Shown here: positions 52,557 to 62,211 of the stretch, one piece after another | Layout: the number at the start of each line of letters is the position of its first letter | Numbering within the stretch: position 1 is the stretch's first letter | From: Clostridiales bacterium | GTDB taxonomy: Bacteria > Bacillota > Clostridia > Christensenellales > CAG-138 | DNA length: 64,000 nucleotides | Direction of reading: 5' to 3' | Assembly (NCBI GenBank): GCA_012838425.1 | Contig: DUPG01000011.1 | Span: 489-64,488 of the forward strand | Program-made: the position numbers and the translations under genes | The notes under the pieces: model-generated | The model's input: the letters and a program-made list of their open reading frames with translations, nothing else | Told to the model about the DNA's origin: nothing | Databases searched by the model: none

Positions 52557-53255
52557 TCATTTTATAACTAAATGCAATAGATACAGCACCACCAAGTGCG
52601 CAGGATAAAACGCGTAGAAAACGAACTTCATGCTTTTGAATAGGCGCATATTGTATGCGGGCTTTCCGTTATATAAAAGCAGAATGATAAGCGCTATTGC
52701 ATATCCCAAGTAATGCAAGCCGCGGTCTAATGAGAAGGAATACATATAAAGCACCATAAACGCGAACACGCTTGCGAAAGACAGCGCGTATATCGAAGCG
52801 TCGCCGCCTGCGTTCTTATATTCAGTCAGCACATACATAAATAATATGAGAAGCACGCCCCAAGCTCCGTAATCCGTGTAAAAAATATCGCCCAGCAACG
52901 CAATTATCAGACTAAGCGCAATTCCTAACAGCCTTGGTTGTACCTTGTCGTAAACCATAATCGCTGATAATCCCAGTATCAGCGTAACAAATATGTTCAG
53001 CCGAAAGCCTGCCCCTGCCATTTTCATTAAAAGCATAAAAGGCAGCTGTGAAACCACAGCGAATATTACCAATCGTATAAAATACCTTTTCAGGCTGCGT
53101 GTATGAATATACCCCTGCGCGATAGAAAATGCGAATATGGGAAACGCTATGCGCCCTATTGCGTTCAATAAAACAACCCTTTGCGGCAGAGCATAGCTCA
53201 AATGGTCGCAGAACATAGCGATTATAGCGATTATCTTTAACAGCAGGCTCGTCAT
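52557..53255 (-). CDS. TraX-family membrane protein (acyltransferase-like)
   Basis: LKIIAIIAMFCDH, GRIAFPIFAF...GY.HT, SQLPF, DYG, YNG, FY.FYP.HL. Confidence 0.85.
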   Translation of the reverse strand: MTSLLLKIIAIIAMFCDHLSYALPQRVVLLNAIGRIAFPIFAFSIAQGYIHTRSLKRYFIRLVIFAVVSQLPFMLLMKMAGAGFRLNIFVTLILGLSAIMVYDKVQPRLLGIALSLIIALLGDIFYTDYGAWGVLLILFMYVLTEYKNAGGDASIYALSFASVFAFMVLYMYSFSLDRGLHYLGYAIALIILLLYNGKPAYNMRLFKSMKFVFYAFYPAHLVVLYLLHLVIK

Positions 53256-53304
53256 ACGGATTATTTTATCATAGAAAACGAGTAAGGTTCAATGAAGTGA
53301 TGAG

Positions 53305-53555
53305 AATTATTTGCTTACGCAAATAGCTGAATGTTGCTTCGCAATGTTAAATTTTTCGCTTTGCGAAAAGCTGAATTGAAAGCTGCGCTTTCAGCTAAAT
53401 TTGCCTTCGGCAAGCCAAATTACTCGCTTCGTGAACAGCTAAATTATTCACTACGCAAATAGCTGAATGTTGCTCACGCAATGCTGTAAATAATAGCTTG
53501 TTCTTTTGCTTCATTCGCTCCAAAGGAAGCGTCTTTATCGCTGTCTTCATGTACG
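53305..53555. repeat. Longest GCTAAAT/GCTGAAT hairpin array (about 8 modules) plus partial cap and TCTTCAT modules
   Basis: tatttgcttacgcaaata-gctgaat-gttgcttcgcaat-gttaaat-ttttcgctttgcgaaaa-gctgaat-tgaaagctgcgctttca-gctaaat-ttgccttcggcaa-... Confidence 0.9.
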
Positions 53556-53574
53556 CACAGCGCGCCGACTCCGC

Positions 53575-54504
53575 ACTCAAACAAATAACGTTGGCTTTTC
53601 GATAGCGTCTGGGCTTTTGAAAACGAAAGATTTTTTAACCGATATGCTTGGCTGGGTAGATACCAACTGGCTATTCCGTGAAACTGATTTTCCGCTTCTG
53701 CTTGCGCACATATTCACGGTAACATTTGTTGACGGCTTGACAGATGATGTTATACATACAGCAAGCGTGCACCGCGGAGACGATGTTGAGATGCCCGCAG
53801 CACCCGAGCATGAGGGCTATACCTTCACAGGCTGGGACAAAAACGGCAACAGAATTATGAAGGATACCGTAATTACAGCGCAGTACAGTATCAATTTTTA
53901 TACCGTAACCTACAAGGACTGGGACGGGAAAACGCTGAAAAAGCAAACAGTAGCGCACGGCGCGGACGCAACACCACCCGCCGACCCCGTCAGAGAGGGT
54001 TATACCTTTACGGGCTGGGACCACGACGGTAAGAACATAACCCAAAACACAATAATAACAGCACAGTACAGTATAAAAACATATACGGTGCAGTTCGTTG
54101 ACTGGAACGGCACTGTCCTCAAAATCGAACAGGTAGAGCACGGTAAAGACGCAACACCACCCGCCGACCCCGTCAGAGAGGGTTATACGTTCACAGGCTG
54201 GGACCACGACGGAAAGAATATCACGCAAGATACGACCATTAGCGCACTATATGTGGAGAATTTCTTAATGGGCGATGTTAACAGCGACGGCAAGGTCAAC
54301 ACGGGCGACGCAGTAATGCTGCTTAAACATGTTGCGGGCACGGCTAAACTGAACGAACAGCAATTAGCTGTCGCGGATTTCAACGGGGACAACAAGGTTA
54401 ATACGGGCGACGCTACGGCAATATTGCTTTATATCGTTAAGCAACACAAAAAAGGGGCGGGGTCCACTTTTTGTGCTATTGCAATTAAGGAACGCTTCGC
54501 GTGA
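53575..54504 (+). pseudogene. 5'-truncated secreted protein: three InlB-B/Listeria-Bacteroides repeats plus a C-terminal type I dockerin
   Basis: Three TV.F.D.DG...P.REGYTFTGWD repeats; dockerin GDVNSDGKVNTGDA...ADFNGDNKVNTGDA. No RBS, start codon or signal peptide; the open frame begins inside the repeat array. Confidence 0.75.
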
Positions 54505-54680
54505 ATGAAGACGGGCTTTAACCCGAATGAAGACAGCGACAAGTCGCTGTATGACGATAAAGCAGAAACGGGAATATGCAAAAATGCAGGGGTAATGTTT
54601 TCCCTGCATTTATTATTAAATGGCTTGTTCCTTTGCTTCTTTTCTTTCAAGAAAAGTAGCAGGGGCGGGGCGGCGCCCCA
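54490..54680. repeat. AATGAAGA array, aaatgcaggg...ccctgcattt palindrome and cap element
   Basis: AATGAAGA-cgggctttaacccg-AATGAAGA-cagcgacaagtcgctg; palindrome at ~54582-54611; cap at ~54622-54681. Confidence 0.85.
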
Positions 54681-54690
54681 TAACGCTAAC

Positions 54691-56031
54691 TCATTGATCT
54701 GAATTTCTGTTTCTCAGTATCAGCCTTATAGGTGTTGCGTCTAAGCCGAAATACTTCCTAAAAAAGTTCTCCAAATAACGCTGATATGAAAAGTGCATGG
54801 CGTCTTTATCGTTCACGAAGAGCACAAATGTAGGCGGGGCTGCGGCTACCTGTGTGGCGTAATAAATTTTCAGTCGGCGGCCCTTGTCTGACGGCGGTTC
54901 TTTGACCATAACCGCTTCGCTTATGCAGTCGTTCAATACGCCTGTTGTAACGCGGCGCGTGGTCTGCTCGTACACCCTGTTCACCTCGTCGAATAGCTTA
55001 TTAAGGCGCTGCTTGGTTTTTGCCGACACAAAAAGCATGGGAACATAGCTCATAAACGCAAGCTCTGCTTTAAGCCGCCTCTTAAATTCGTTCATTGTGT
55101 GCGTGTCTTTCTCTATCAGGTCCCATTTATTCACTACCAATATGCTCGCCTTGCCTTCCTCGTGCGCGTAGCCTGCGATTTTCACATCCTGCTCGCTCAA
55201 CTCTTCGGAAGCGTCAACCACAATCAGCACAACATCTGCCCTGCGCACAGCGGCAAGCGAACGAATCACGCTGTAACGCTCTATGGTTTTATCCTCAATG
55301 GCACGCTTGCGGCGCAGGCCTGCCGTATCTATTATGCAGTAGTCCTGACCGTTTTTCGTGAAGTATGTATCTATGGAATCGCGCGTAGTGCCGGGAATGC
55401 TGCTGACTATTGAGCGCTCTATTCCCAATATGGCGTTTACAATGCTCGACTTGCCTACATTGGGCTTTCCGACAACAGCGATGTGTATGATTTTGTTCTC
55501 TTGCTCTTCCGATTCGAAGTCCTCAAGCGGCGGAAAATGCGACACGACCCTGTCCATCAGATCGCCAAGCCCTAATCTCTGCGAAGCGGAAATCGTAACA
55601 GGCTCGCCTAATCCCAGCGTGAAGAAATCGTACGCGTTGTCCTCGAATTTTGGAGCGTCAATCTTGTTCACGGCAAGTACAATGGGCTTATTGGATTTTC
55701 TGAGCATGTGCGCGACTTCCTCGTCTGCCGCGGTTATGCCCTCTCTGCCGTCTGTCATAAACACTATTACATCGGCGGTTTCTATTGCCAGCTCCGCCTG
55801 CCTGCGCATCTGAAGGGCGATTATGTCCTCACTGTCAGGCTCTATACCGCCCGTATCTATTATTGTGAACTCGCGATTCAGCCAAGTTATGTCGGTGTAA
55901 ATCCTGTCGCGCGTTACGCCGGGGGTATCGTCAACTATCGCTATACGCTTTCCCGCCAATGTATTAAAAAGCGTGGACTTGCCCACATTCGGTCTGCCTA
56001 CTATCGCTACTAACTGTTTCCTGTTCGCCAT
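54691..56031 (-). CDS. der: Ribosome biogenesis GTPase Der (EngA)
   Basis: Two G domains ([16 protein letters not shown] and [16 protein letters not shown]) and KH-like C-terminus. Confidence 0.97.
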   Translation of the reverse strand: MANRKQLVAIVGRPNVGKSTLFNTLAGKRIAIVDDTPGVTRDRIYTDITWLNREFTIIDTGGIEPDSEDIIALQMRRQAELAIETADVIVFMTDGREGITAADEEVAHMLRKSNKPIVLAVNKIDAPKFEDNAYDFFTLGLGEPVTISASQRLGLGDLMDRVVSHFPPLEDFESEEQENKIIHIAVVGKPNVGKSSIVNAILGIERSIVSSIPGTTRDSIDTYFTKNGQDYCIIDTAGLRRKRAIEDKTIERYSVIRSLAAVRRADVVLIVVDASEELSEQDVKIAGYAHEEGKASILVVNKWDLIEKDTHTMNEFKRRLKAELAFMSYVPMLFVSAKTKQRLNKLFDEVNRVYEQTTRRVTTGVLNDCISEAVMVKEPPSDKGRRLKIYYATQVAAAPPTFVLFVNDKDAMHFSYQRYLENFFRKYFGLDATPIRLILRNRNSDQ

Positions 56032-56114
56032 ATATTTCCCTCTCTCTATGTTGAGCAGTATTATATCTTTTTATCAAATATTAAGCAAGCTGTCGCCGCG
56101 ACGACCTCCGCGGC

Positions 56115-56410
56115 AGGAAATTCTCTTACGGGAATGAAATAATTCGCTTCTCGAATAATGAAATATACTGCGGATATGAAATATTGCGCTTTCGCGCAGC
56201 ATTATGAGGTTCGCTTGCGTGAACAGCTAAATTATTCGATACGCGAAAAGCTAAATTTGCCTTCGGCAAGCTAAATTCTCACTTCGTGAGCAGCTAAATT
56301 ATTTGCTTACGCAAATAGCTGAATGTTGTTGCGCAACGCTGTAAATGATTGCTTGTTCTTTCGCTGCTTTTCTTTCAAGAAAAGCAGTGGGGTTTGGGGC
56401 AAAACCCCAA
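56115..56410. repeat. ATGAAAT array, GCTAAAT array and cap element
   Basis: ATGAAAT modules at ~56133-56200; six GCTAAAT/GCTGAAT modules at ~56209-56340; cap at ~56350-56410. Confidence 0.9.
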
Positions 56411-56426
56411 ATATCGCCGAAGCGAC

Positions 56427-58382
56427 TCATTCAATCATTTTCAAGAACTCCGCCTCGTCAATAACCCTTATCCCCAGCGCCTGCGCCTTGGTCAGCTTGC
56501 TGCCCGCGTCTGTGCCGCATACTACAAGGTCGGTTTTCTTTGAAACGCTTGATGTGGCTGCGCCGCCAAGCTCCGCTATCTTCTCTTCGGCCTCGGTGCG
56601 TGTCATGCTATCAAGCTTGCCCGTAACAACCACCGTCATTCCGTTGAATACGCCGCCTACGGCCTTCGCCGCTTCTTCGCGCGGGGAAACGCCTAACTCA
56701 AGCAGCCTGTCAATATCTCTTGATATGCGTTCGTCGGCGAAAAAGTCCACAATGCTGTTTGCGACTATTTCGCCTATATCCTCAATTCTTATAAGCTGCT
56801 CGACTGTGGCTTTGCGCACATTTTCGAATGTTCTGAACTCACGCGCCAAGTCTTTGGCTGTTTTTATGCCGACATTGGGAATTCCTAAGCCGTATATGAA
56901 GCTTGCCAATGAGCAGTCCTTGCTGCTTTCGATTGCGCGAATCAAGTTCGCCGCCTTCTTCTTTCCGAAAAGCGGCAAGCCTATCAGCTGTTCTTCTTTC
57001 AGCTCGTACAGCTCCGGAATAGATGATATGTTCAGCTGCTCAATCAGCATTCCCGCGGTTTTATCGGAGAACATTTCAATATCCATTGCGTTGCGTGAGG
57101 CGTAATGCGTCAGTCGATACACTATCTGCGCCTTGCATGAAAGCGAATTGGTGCAGAATATGTGCACACCTCGCTGCTCTAAATGGGAATGGCATACGGG
57201 ACATTCGCGGGGCATTATTTCGGTTGATACAGCGTTCTCGTCTATGTTGCCCAATATTTCGGGAATAACATCGTTGCTTCTGCGAACTATTACCTGGCTT
57301 TTCCTGCTTACACGCTTTCTCTGAATGTCGTCAAAGTTATTAAGTGTCGCGCGGCTTATTGTGGCGCCCGCAAGGTTTACGGGGGAAAGTATAGCTATGG
57401 GCGTGAGCTTGCCCGTTCTGCCGACCTGCCATACTATATCCTCAACCGTTGTTGCCGCCTGCTCTGCCGGGAACTTATACGCTATTGCCCAGCGGGGAAA
57501 TCTGTCGGTATAGCCCAGTGCTTCACGCGCCTTGAAGTCGCTTACCTTTATTACCATACCATCTATGAGAATATCTAAAGCACTTCTGTCTATCTGTTCT
57601 ATCTCGTTTATAAGCGCGTCAACATCTTTGAAGAATTTTATATACGAATCAGTCGGCAGGTTATTTTGTTTCAGAAAGTCAAGCATCTGCCTTTGGTTCT
57701 CGAACTCCGTTCCCTCTATATAGCCTATGTTGTAGCAGTATAAATCCAAATTGCGCTTGGCTGTAACCTTGGGGTCTAAGTTTCTCAAGGCGCCCGCCGC
57801 GGCATTTCGCGCGTTTTTGAGAGCTTCGCCGCCGCTTTGGTTCAGTTTTTCCAGTACGGACAGCCGCATATGCCCCTCGCCCTGCACCTCTAATTTCTGC
57901 GTGTAGGGAATGCTTAACGGAACGCTTTTTATAGTCATTACCTGCGCTAAAATCTGCTCGCCTATAATGCCGTTCCCGCGCGTGGCTGCGGAAATCAGCT
58001 TTCCGTTATCGTATGTGAGGTTTACCGTTAAGCCGTCTAACTTATGCTCAAGCGAAAACTCAATATCAGGGAACTGCGATAATATCTTATTGCACCAGCT
58101 TCTTAATTCTTCTAACGAATTGACCTTGTCTAAGCTGTATAATCTTCTAATATGCGCGTGCTGCTCGAACTGCTTTATTGGCTCGGCGCCGACCCGACGG
58201 GTAGGGGAATCGGGTAATACCTCGCCTAACTCATTTTCAAGCATTACCAGCTCGTCGTACAGCATATCGTATTCCGCGTCTGACACAAGCGGCTCGTCTG
58301 ACATATAGTATGCCGCCGCAAGCTCGTTCAACAGCGCGACTAACTCCTGCATTCTCTCGCGTTTAGGTTGAAATAAGTCCAT
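56427..58382 (-). CDS. ligA: NAD-dependent DNA ligase
   Basis: EHKLDG adenylation motif, TRGNG, NARNAAAG, QVGRTG, Zn finger, BRCT (SVSKKTD). Confidence 0.97.
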   Translation of the reverse strand: MDLFQPKRERMQELVALLNELAAAYYMSDEPLVSDAEYDMLYDELVMLENELGEVLPDSPTRRVGAEPIKQFEQHAHIRRLYSLDKVNSLEELRSWCNKILSQFPDIEFSLEHKLDGLTVNLTYDNGKLISAATRGNGIIGEQILAQVMTIKSVPLSIPYTQKLEVQGEGHMRLSVLEKLNQSGGEALKNARNAAAGALRNLDPKVTAKRNLDLYCYNIGYIEGTEFENQRQMLDFLKQNNLPTDSYIKFFKDVDALINEIEQIDRSALDILIDGMVIKVSDFKAREALGYTDRFPRWAIAYKFPAEQAATTVEDIVWQVGRTGKLTPIAILSPVNLAGATISRATLNNFDDIQRKRVSRKSQVIVRRSNDVIPEILGNIDENAVSTEIMPRECPVCHSHLEQRGVHIFCTNSLSCKAQIVYRLTHYASRNAMDIEMFSDKTAGMLIEQLNISSIPELYELKEEQLIGLPLFGKKKAANLIRAIESSKDCSLASFIYGLGIPNVGIKTAKDLAREFRTFENVRKATVEQLIRIEDIGEIVANSIVDFFADERISRDIDRLLELGVSPREEAAKAVGGVFNGMTVVVTGKLDSMTRTEAEEKIAELGGAATSSVSKKTDLVVCGTDAGSKLTKAQALGIRVIDEAEFLKMIE

Positions 58383-58392
58383 ACGCCCTCCG

Positions 58393-59058
58393 TTATGAAG
58401 CTGTATTTTGTGTGAAAACCAACTCGATTACGCCGTCAACTAAGCAGCATTGTACAGTATCGCTTCCGCGATTGGCAACTATGTATGTGATTCTGCCCTG
58501 CTTGTTTATATCAGGGTTGAGCCCGTATCCGCGCGACTCTTCCAATATGCTTTCAAGCTCTGTTTCGCTTACTTTTATAGCTTCTTTAATGGAATTATTT
58601 TTTTCGTCAAGCACAATGGTTAAATCACCGGCTTGAAACTCATAGCCCAAAGTGTTCAGCTTATCGGCAATGAATTGAATGTCTATCTGAGTGAAAAGCA
58701 GCTCTATTTCGCCGTCAATCAAGTAGCAGGCGACTATTATCGCGTTTTCGCGCGCAAGTATTAGAGTAACTCCGCCACGCTTGTTTATATCCGAATTGAA
58801 TCCGTATTCTTTTGATTCCGCTATTATGTCCTTTAGCGACGCTTCGTCTTTATCAAGCGCTTCTGAAATCGTCGTGTCCGCGTCGTCATACGCTATGAGC
58901 AAATCGTCTGAAATGAAGTGATATCCTAACTCGTTTATCCTATCCGCAATCGCGCCAAGCTCGCTGTGCGCGCCGCGCGTTAATGCCCATATTAGCGCCA
59001 GCGCAAGCACAATGCCTGCGGCAATCAGTATTATGGTTTGCGGCTTTTTTTCATTCAT
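58393..59058 (-). CDS. Hypothetical membrane-anchored protein with a tandemly duplicated ~90-aa domain
   Basis: N-terminal TM helix; IADRINELGY...IDGEIELLFTQ and IADKLNTLGY...VDGVIELVFTQ. Confidence 0.8.
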   Translation of the reverse strand: MNEKKPQTIILIAAGIVLALALIWALTRGAHSELGAIADRINELGYHFISDDLLIAYDDADTTISEALDKDEASLKDIIAESKEYGFNSDINKRGGVTLILARENAIIVACYLIDGEIELLFTQIDIQFIADKLNTLGYEFQAGDLTIVLDEKNNSIKEAIKVSETELESILEESRGYGLNPDINKQGRITYIVANRGSDTVQCCLVDGVIELVFTQNTAS

Positions 59059-59852
59059 CAGCTTATCAGTATTATTCCCACACAGAACACTACCATTACA
59101 AGCCCCGCGTAAATATCTATGCGCGAATACTTCATAATCTTCATGCGCGTTCTGCCTATGCCGCCATGATAGCAGCGCGAATCCATAGCGTACGCCAATT
59201 CGTCTGCGCGCTTGAACGCCGAAACAAAAAGCGGTATCAGTATGGGTATCATAGCCTTGGCGCGTTTTATCAGGCCGCCGGTTTCAAAATCCGCGCCGCG
59301 CGCTAACTGCGCTTTCATTATCCTGTCCGTTTCGTCAAGCAGGGTAGGTATGAACCTAAGCGCTATTGTCATCATCATAGCAAGCTCGTGTACGGGGAAT
59401 TTCACAAGCTTCAAGGGCTTCATAAGCGATTCTATAGCGTCGGTAAGCGCGATGGGTGTTGTGGTTAATGTCATAAGCGATGTTCCCGCAATCAGCAGCA
59501 CAAGCCTTGCTATTATGAACAGCGCACGAAGTATTGACTCGTCTGTTATATAGAAAATCCACCAGTCAACAAGCGGTCTGCCTGTTTTTATCATGAAAAT
59601 ATTAAGCACGAACATTATTATAAGTATCCAGCGCAGGGGGCGTAGAGAGTGCAGTATATAGCGAATGGGAATCTGCGCCGCCAAGGTCGCCAAGTACATA
59701 AATACGGCAATAAGCGCGAACACCCATAGCTCGTCAACCAAGAAAAGAATTACCATGTATGCTATTGTTATAAGGAGCTTCGTGCGCGGGTCTAACCTAT
59801 GCACCACCGAATCTCCGGGGAAGTACCTTCCCAAAGTAATGTCCTTTAACAT
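59058..59852 (-). CDS. ecfT: ECF transporter transmembrane T component
   Basis: G.YFPGDS.VHRLDPRTK, IALRFIP, AQLARG, AMDSRCY. Confidence 0.95.
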   Translation of the reverse strand: MLKDITLGRYFPGDSVVHRLDPRTKLLITIAYMVILFLVDELWVFALIAVFMYLATLAAQIPIRYILHSLRPLRWILIIMFVLNIFMIKTGRPLVDWWIFYITDESILRALFIIARLVLLIAGTSLMTLTTTPIALTDAIESLMKPLKLVKFPVHELAMMMTIALRFIPTLLDETDRIMKAQLARGADFETGGLIKRAKAMIPILIPLFVSAFKRADELAYAMDSRCYHGGIGRTRMKIMKYSRIDIYAGLVMVVFCVGIILIS

Positions 59853-59871
59853 ATATCCCACCTGTTCGTCT

Positions 59872-59938
59872 TATTTCCCGGGAAATACTGATTTTTCACC
59901 ATTTTATTTCCACTTTGAGCAATATTTCCCGGGAAATA
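59872..59938. promoter_or_regulatory. Two Noc-binding sequences (NBS)
   Basis: Perfect palindrome TATTTCCCGGGAAATA at 59872-59887 and 59923-59938, matching the B. subtilis NBS consensus. Confidence 0.8.
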
Positions 59939-59949
59939 CTTTTCAATAT

Positions 59950-60804
59950 TCAATTTGCCAAGCCCAGCTGCCTGCTGATGAACTCAAAAAGCTCGTCCAT
60001 CATAAATACATCCTTTTTTACCTCAATGCCGCGCTTCCTAAGCTCGTCGGCTAATATCATTCCCTGCGGCAAGCCTAAGTTTATCTCCAACAGCTTTTCC
60101 GCGTTCATGAATATTTCCTTAGGAGTGCCGTCCATAACTATTCTGCCTTTGTTCATTACTATAATGCGCGTTGACGCCTTCAACACATCGTCCATTGAAT
60201 GCGAAACCATTATTACTGCACAGCCCAGCGCCTGCTTTAATTTCATAATGGTATCTAATATGACTTTTCTGCCCAATGGGTCTAAGCCCGCCATGGGCTC
60301 GTCTAACACCAAGTATTTAGGGCGCATGGCTATTATGCCCGCTAACGCCGCTCTGCGCTTCTCGCCGCCTGACAGCTCGAATGGCGATTTCTCCGCGAAC
60401 TTTTCATAGTCAAGCCCTACAAGCGAAAACGCTTCCCGCACACGCTCGTCTATCTCTTCTTCCGGCAAGCCCATGTTTCTCACGCCGAAGGCAACATCCT
60501 TGGCGACTGTTTCTTCAAATAGCTGATGCTCGGGGTACTGAAACACCAAGCCGACCTTTGCTCTGCCTTCCTTGCGGCTGCGCTTGTCGCTCATGTCTAT
60601 TCCGTCAACTATAACCTTGCCGCTGAGTGGCTGCAATATGCCGTTCATGTGAGTTACAAGCGTGCTTTTGCCCGAACCCGTATGACCAATTATGCCCACG
60701 AACTCGTTTTCGCGAATGGTGAGGCTGACATCGCGCAGCGCCTCATGCTCGAACGCCGTACCCTCCATGTATGTATAGTTGACATCCATTAGCTCAATCG
60801 CCAT
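59950..60804 (-). CDS. ecfA2: ECF transporter ATPase EcfA2
   Basis: GHTGSGKST, FQYPEHQLFEETV, SPFELSGGEKRR, LDEP. Start moved to the ATG after GGAGG. Confidence 0.93.
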   Translation of the reverse strand: MAIELMDVNYTYMEGTAFEHEALRDVSLTIRENEFVGIIGHTGSGKSTLVTHMNGILQPLSGKVIVDGIDMSDKRSRKEGRAKVGLVFQYPEHQLFEETVAKDVAFGVRNMGLPEEEIDERVREAFSLVGLDYEKFAEKSPFELSGGEKRRAALAGIIAMRPKYLVLDEPMAGLDPLGRKVILDTIMKLKQALGCAVIMVSHSMDDVLKASTRIIVMNKGRIVMDGTPKEIFMNAEKLLEINLGLPQGMILADELRKRGIEVKKDVFMMDELFEFISRQLGLAN

Positions 60805-60817
60805 TTTTCCTCCCTCT

Positions 60818-61125
60818 TGGGGCTTTACCCCTCGCCCCGCTTCTTTTCTTGAAAGAAAAGAAGCAAAAGAACACTTTATTTTTTCAGCGTTGCGTAGCAA
60901 CATTTAGCTATTTGCGCAAGCAAATAATTTAGCTATTCACAAGGTGAATAATTTAGCTGTTCGCATATGCGAACCCCGCCCCACTTCTTTTCTTGAAAGA
61001 AAATCAGCAAAAGAACAAGCTGTTTTTCTCTATAATTCATTTGCCCGCAGGTCATCTTCATTCAGTGCGAAGCACTGTCTTCATTCACGCGCAGCGTGTC
61101 TTCTTTCAGCGACCCTGTCTCTGTC
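60818..61125. repeat. Two cap elements, an ATTTAGC array and a TCTTCATT array (overlapping the ecfA1 3' end)
   Basis: Caps at ~60818-60875 and ~60973-61024; array at 60885-60974; tcttcatt-cagtgcgaagcactg-tcttcatt-cacgcgcagcgtg at ~61055-61098. Confidence 0.88.
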
Positions 61126-61955
61126 TTTATTATTTTCGCAATATGCTCCGCCAGCTCCTCCGCCGTAAGCGCGTGAGTAGGCAGCATGCCACGCGCAATA
61201 AGCCTGTTGCGCAAATCCACCACAGCGGGAACGTCTAACCTCAACGAACGCAATGCCGACGCCTGCGCGAACACCTGCTTTGGCGTGCCTTCAAGAGCTA
61301 TTGAGCCTTGCGACATAACAACAACTCTGTCGGCTATTATGGCTTCCTCCATATACTGAGTTATCATAACTATTGTGATGCCCTCGCTGTTAAGCCTTTG
61401 AATTATTTTTATTACCTCAGCCTTGCCGGCAGGGTCTAACATTGAAGTCGCTTCGTCTAAAACAAGCACCTCGGGCTGCATTGCCAATAAGCCTGCAATT
61501 GCTACGCGCTGCTTTTGCCCGCCTGACAGCATATGCGGAGCGGCTGTGGCGTAGCTTTCCATTCCCACAGCTTTTAGCGCCATATTAACGCGTGTGCGTA
61601 TTTCCTTCGGGTCTATACCCAAATTCTCGGGCGCAAACGCTACATCGTCCTCAACTATTGTGGTTACTATCTGATTATCGGGATTCTGAAAGCACAGGCC
61701 GACAGTCTTTCTTATGTCTAACGCGCGCTTTTCGTCCTTCGTGTCCATTCCCTTTACAAGCACTGTGCCTGATGTCGGTAATAAAAGCCCGTTTAAGAGC
61801 TTTGCCAACGTGCTTTTGCCCGAACCGTTATGCCCGACAATGCACAAAAATTCCCCCGGCTGTATTGAAAGGGACACATTATTCAAAGCAAAGAAAGCTG
61901 TTTCCTTGCCTGTGTTGTATTCGTAGCTGACCGAGTTTAACTCAATAATGCCCAT
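61062..61955 (-). CDS. ecfA1: ECF transporter ATPase EcfA1
   Basis: GHNGSGKST, FQNPDNQ, LSGGQKQR, LDEATSMLDP. Confidence 0.93.
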   Translation of the reverse strand: MGIIELNSVSYEYNTGKETAFFALNNVSLSIQPGEFLCIVGHNGSGKSTLAKLLNGLLLPTSGTVLVKGMDTKDEKRALDIRKTVGLCFQNPDNQIVTTIVEDDVAFAPENLGIDPKEIRTRVNMALKAVGMESYATAAPHMLSGGQKQRVAIAGLLAMQPEVLVLDEATSMLDPAGKAEVIKIIQRLNSEGITIVMITQYMEEAIIADRVVVMSQGSIALEGTPKQVFAQASALRSLRLDVPAVVDLRNRLIARGMLPTHALTAEELAEHIAKIIKTETGSLKEDTLRVNEDSASH

Positions 61956-62047
61956 GTATTATCCTTTTTTTGCTGCATAGTGCCGAATACGGCTGTATTA
62001 GTTTACCACAGTTTTGGTGGAATGCAAAATGAAAATGTGGCGCTTAT

Positions 62048-62160
62048 CGGGGCTTTGTCCCACACCCTGCTGCTTCTCTTTGAAAGAAAAGAGGCAAAAG
62101 AACAAGCTGTTTTCCTTGTAATCCTTTGCCCGAAGGGCATCTTCGTTCGCGCCTTGCGGG
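62048..62160. repeat. Cap element plus short hairpin array
   Basis: ggggctttgtcccacaccctgctgcttctctttgaaagaaaagaggcaaaagaacaagctgtt; tgcccgaagggca-tcttcgtt. Confidence 0.78.
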
Positions 62161-62211
62161 ACCTTGAATATTTCCTTTCAAACCACAAAAACTAATTCTG
62201 AGGTGAACTGT

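Noticed and set aside
52557-53255. traX as evidence of a conjugative element
   Set aside because: TraX-family acyltransferases are common stand-alone chromosomal genes in Clostridia; no other tra genes are nearby.
53900-54255. Diversity-generating retroelement TR/VR pair in the dockerin gene
   Set aside because: The near-identical segments are in-frame domain repeats differing mainly at synonymous positions without adenine specificity, and no reverse transcriptase is present.
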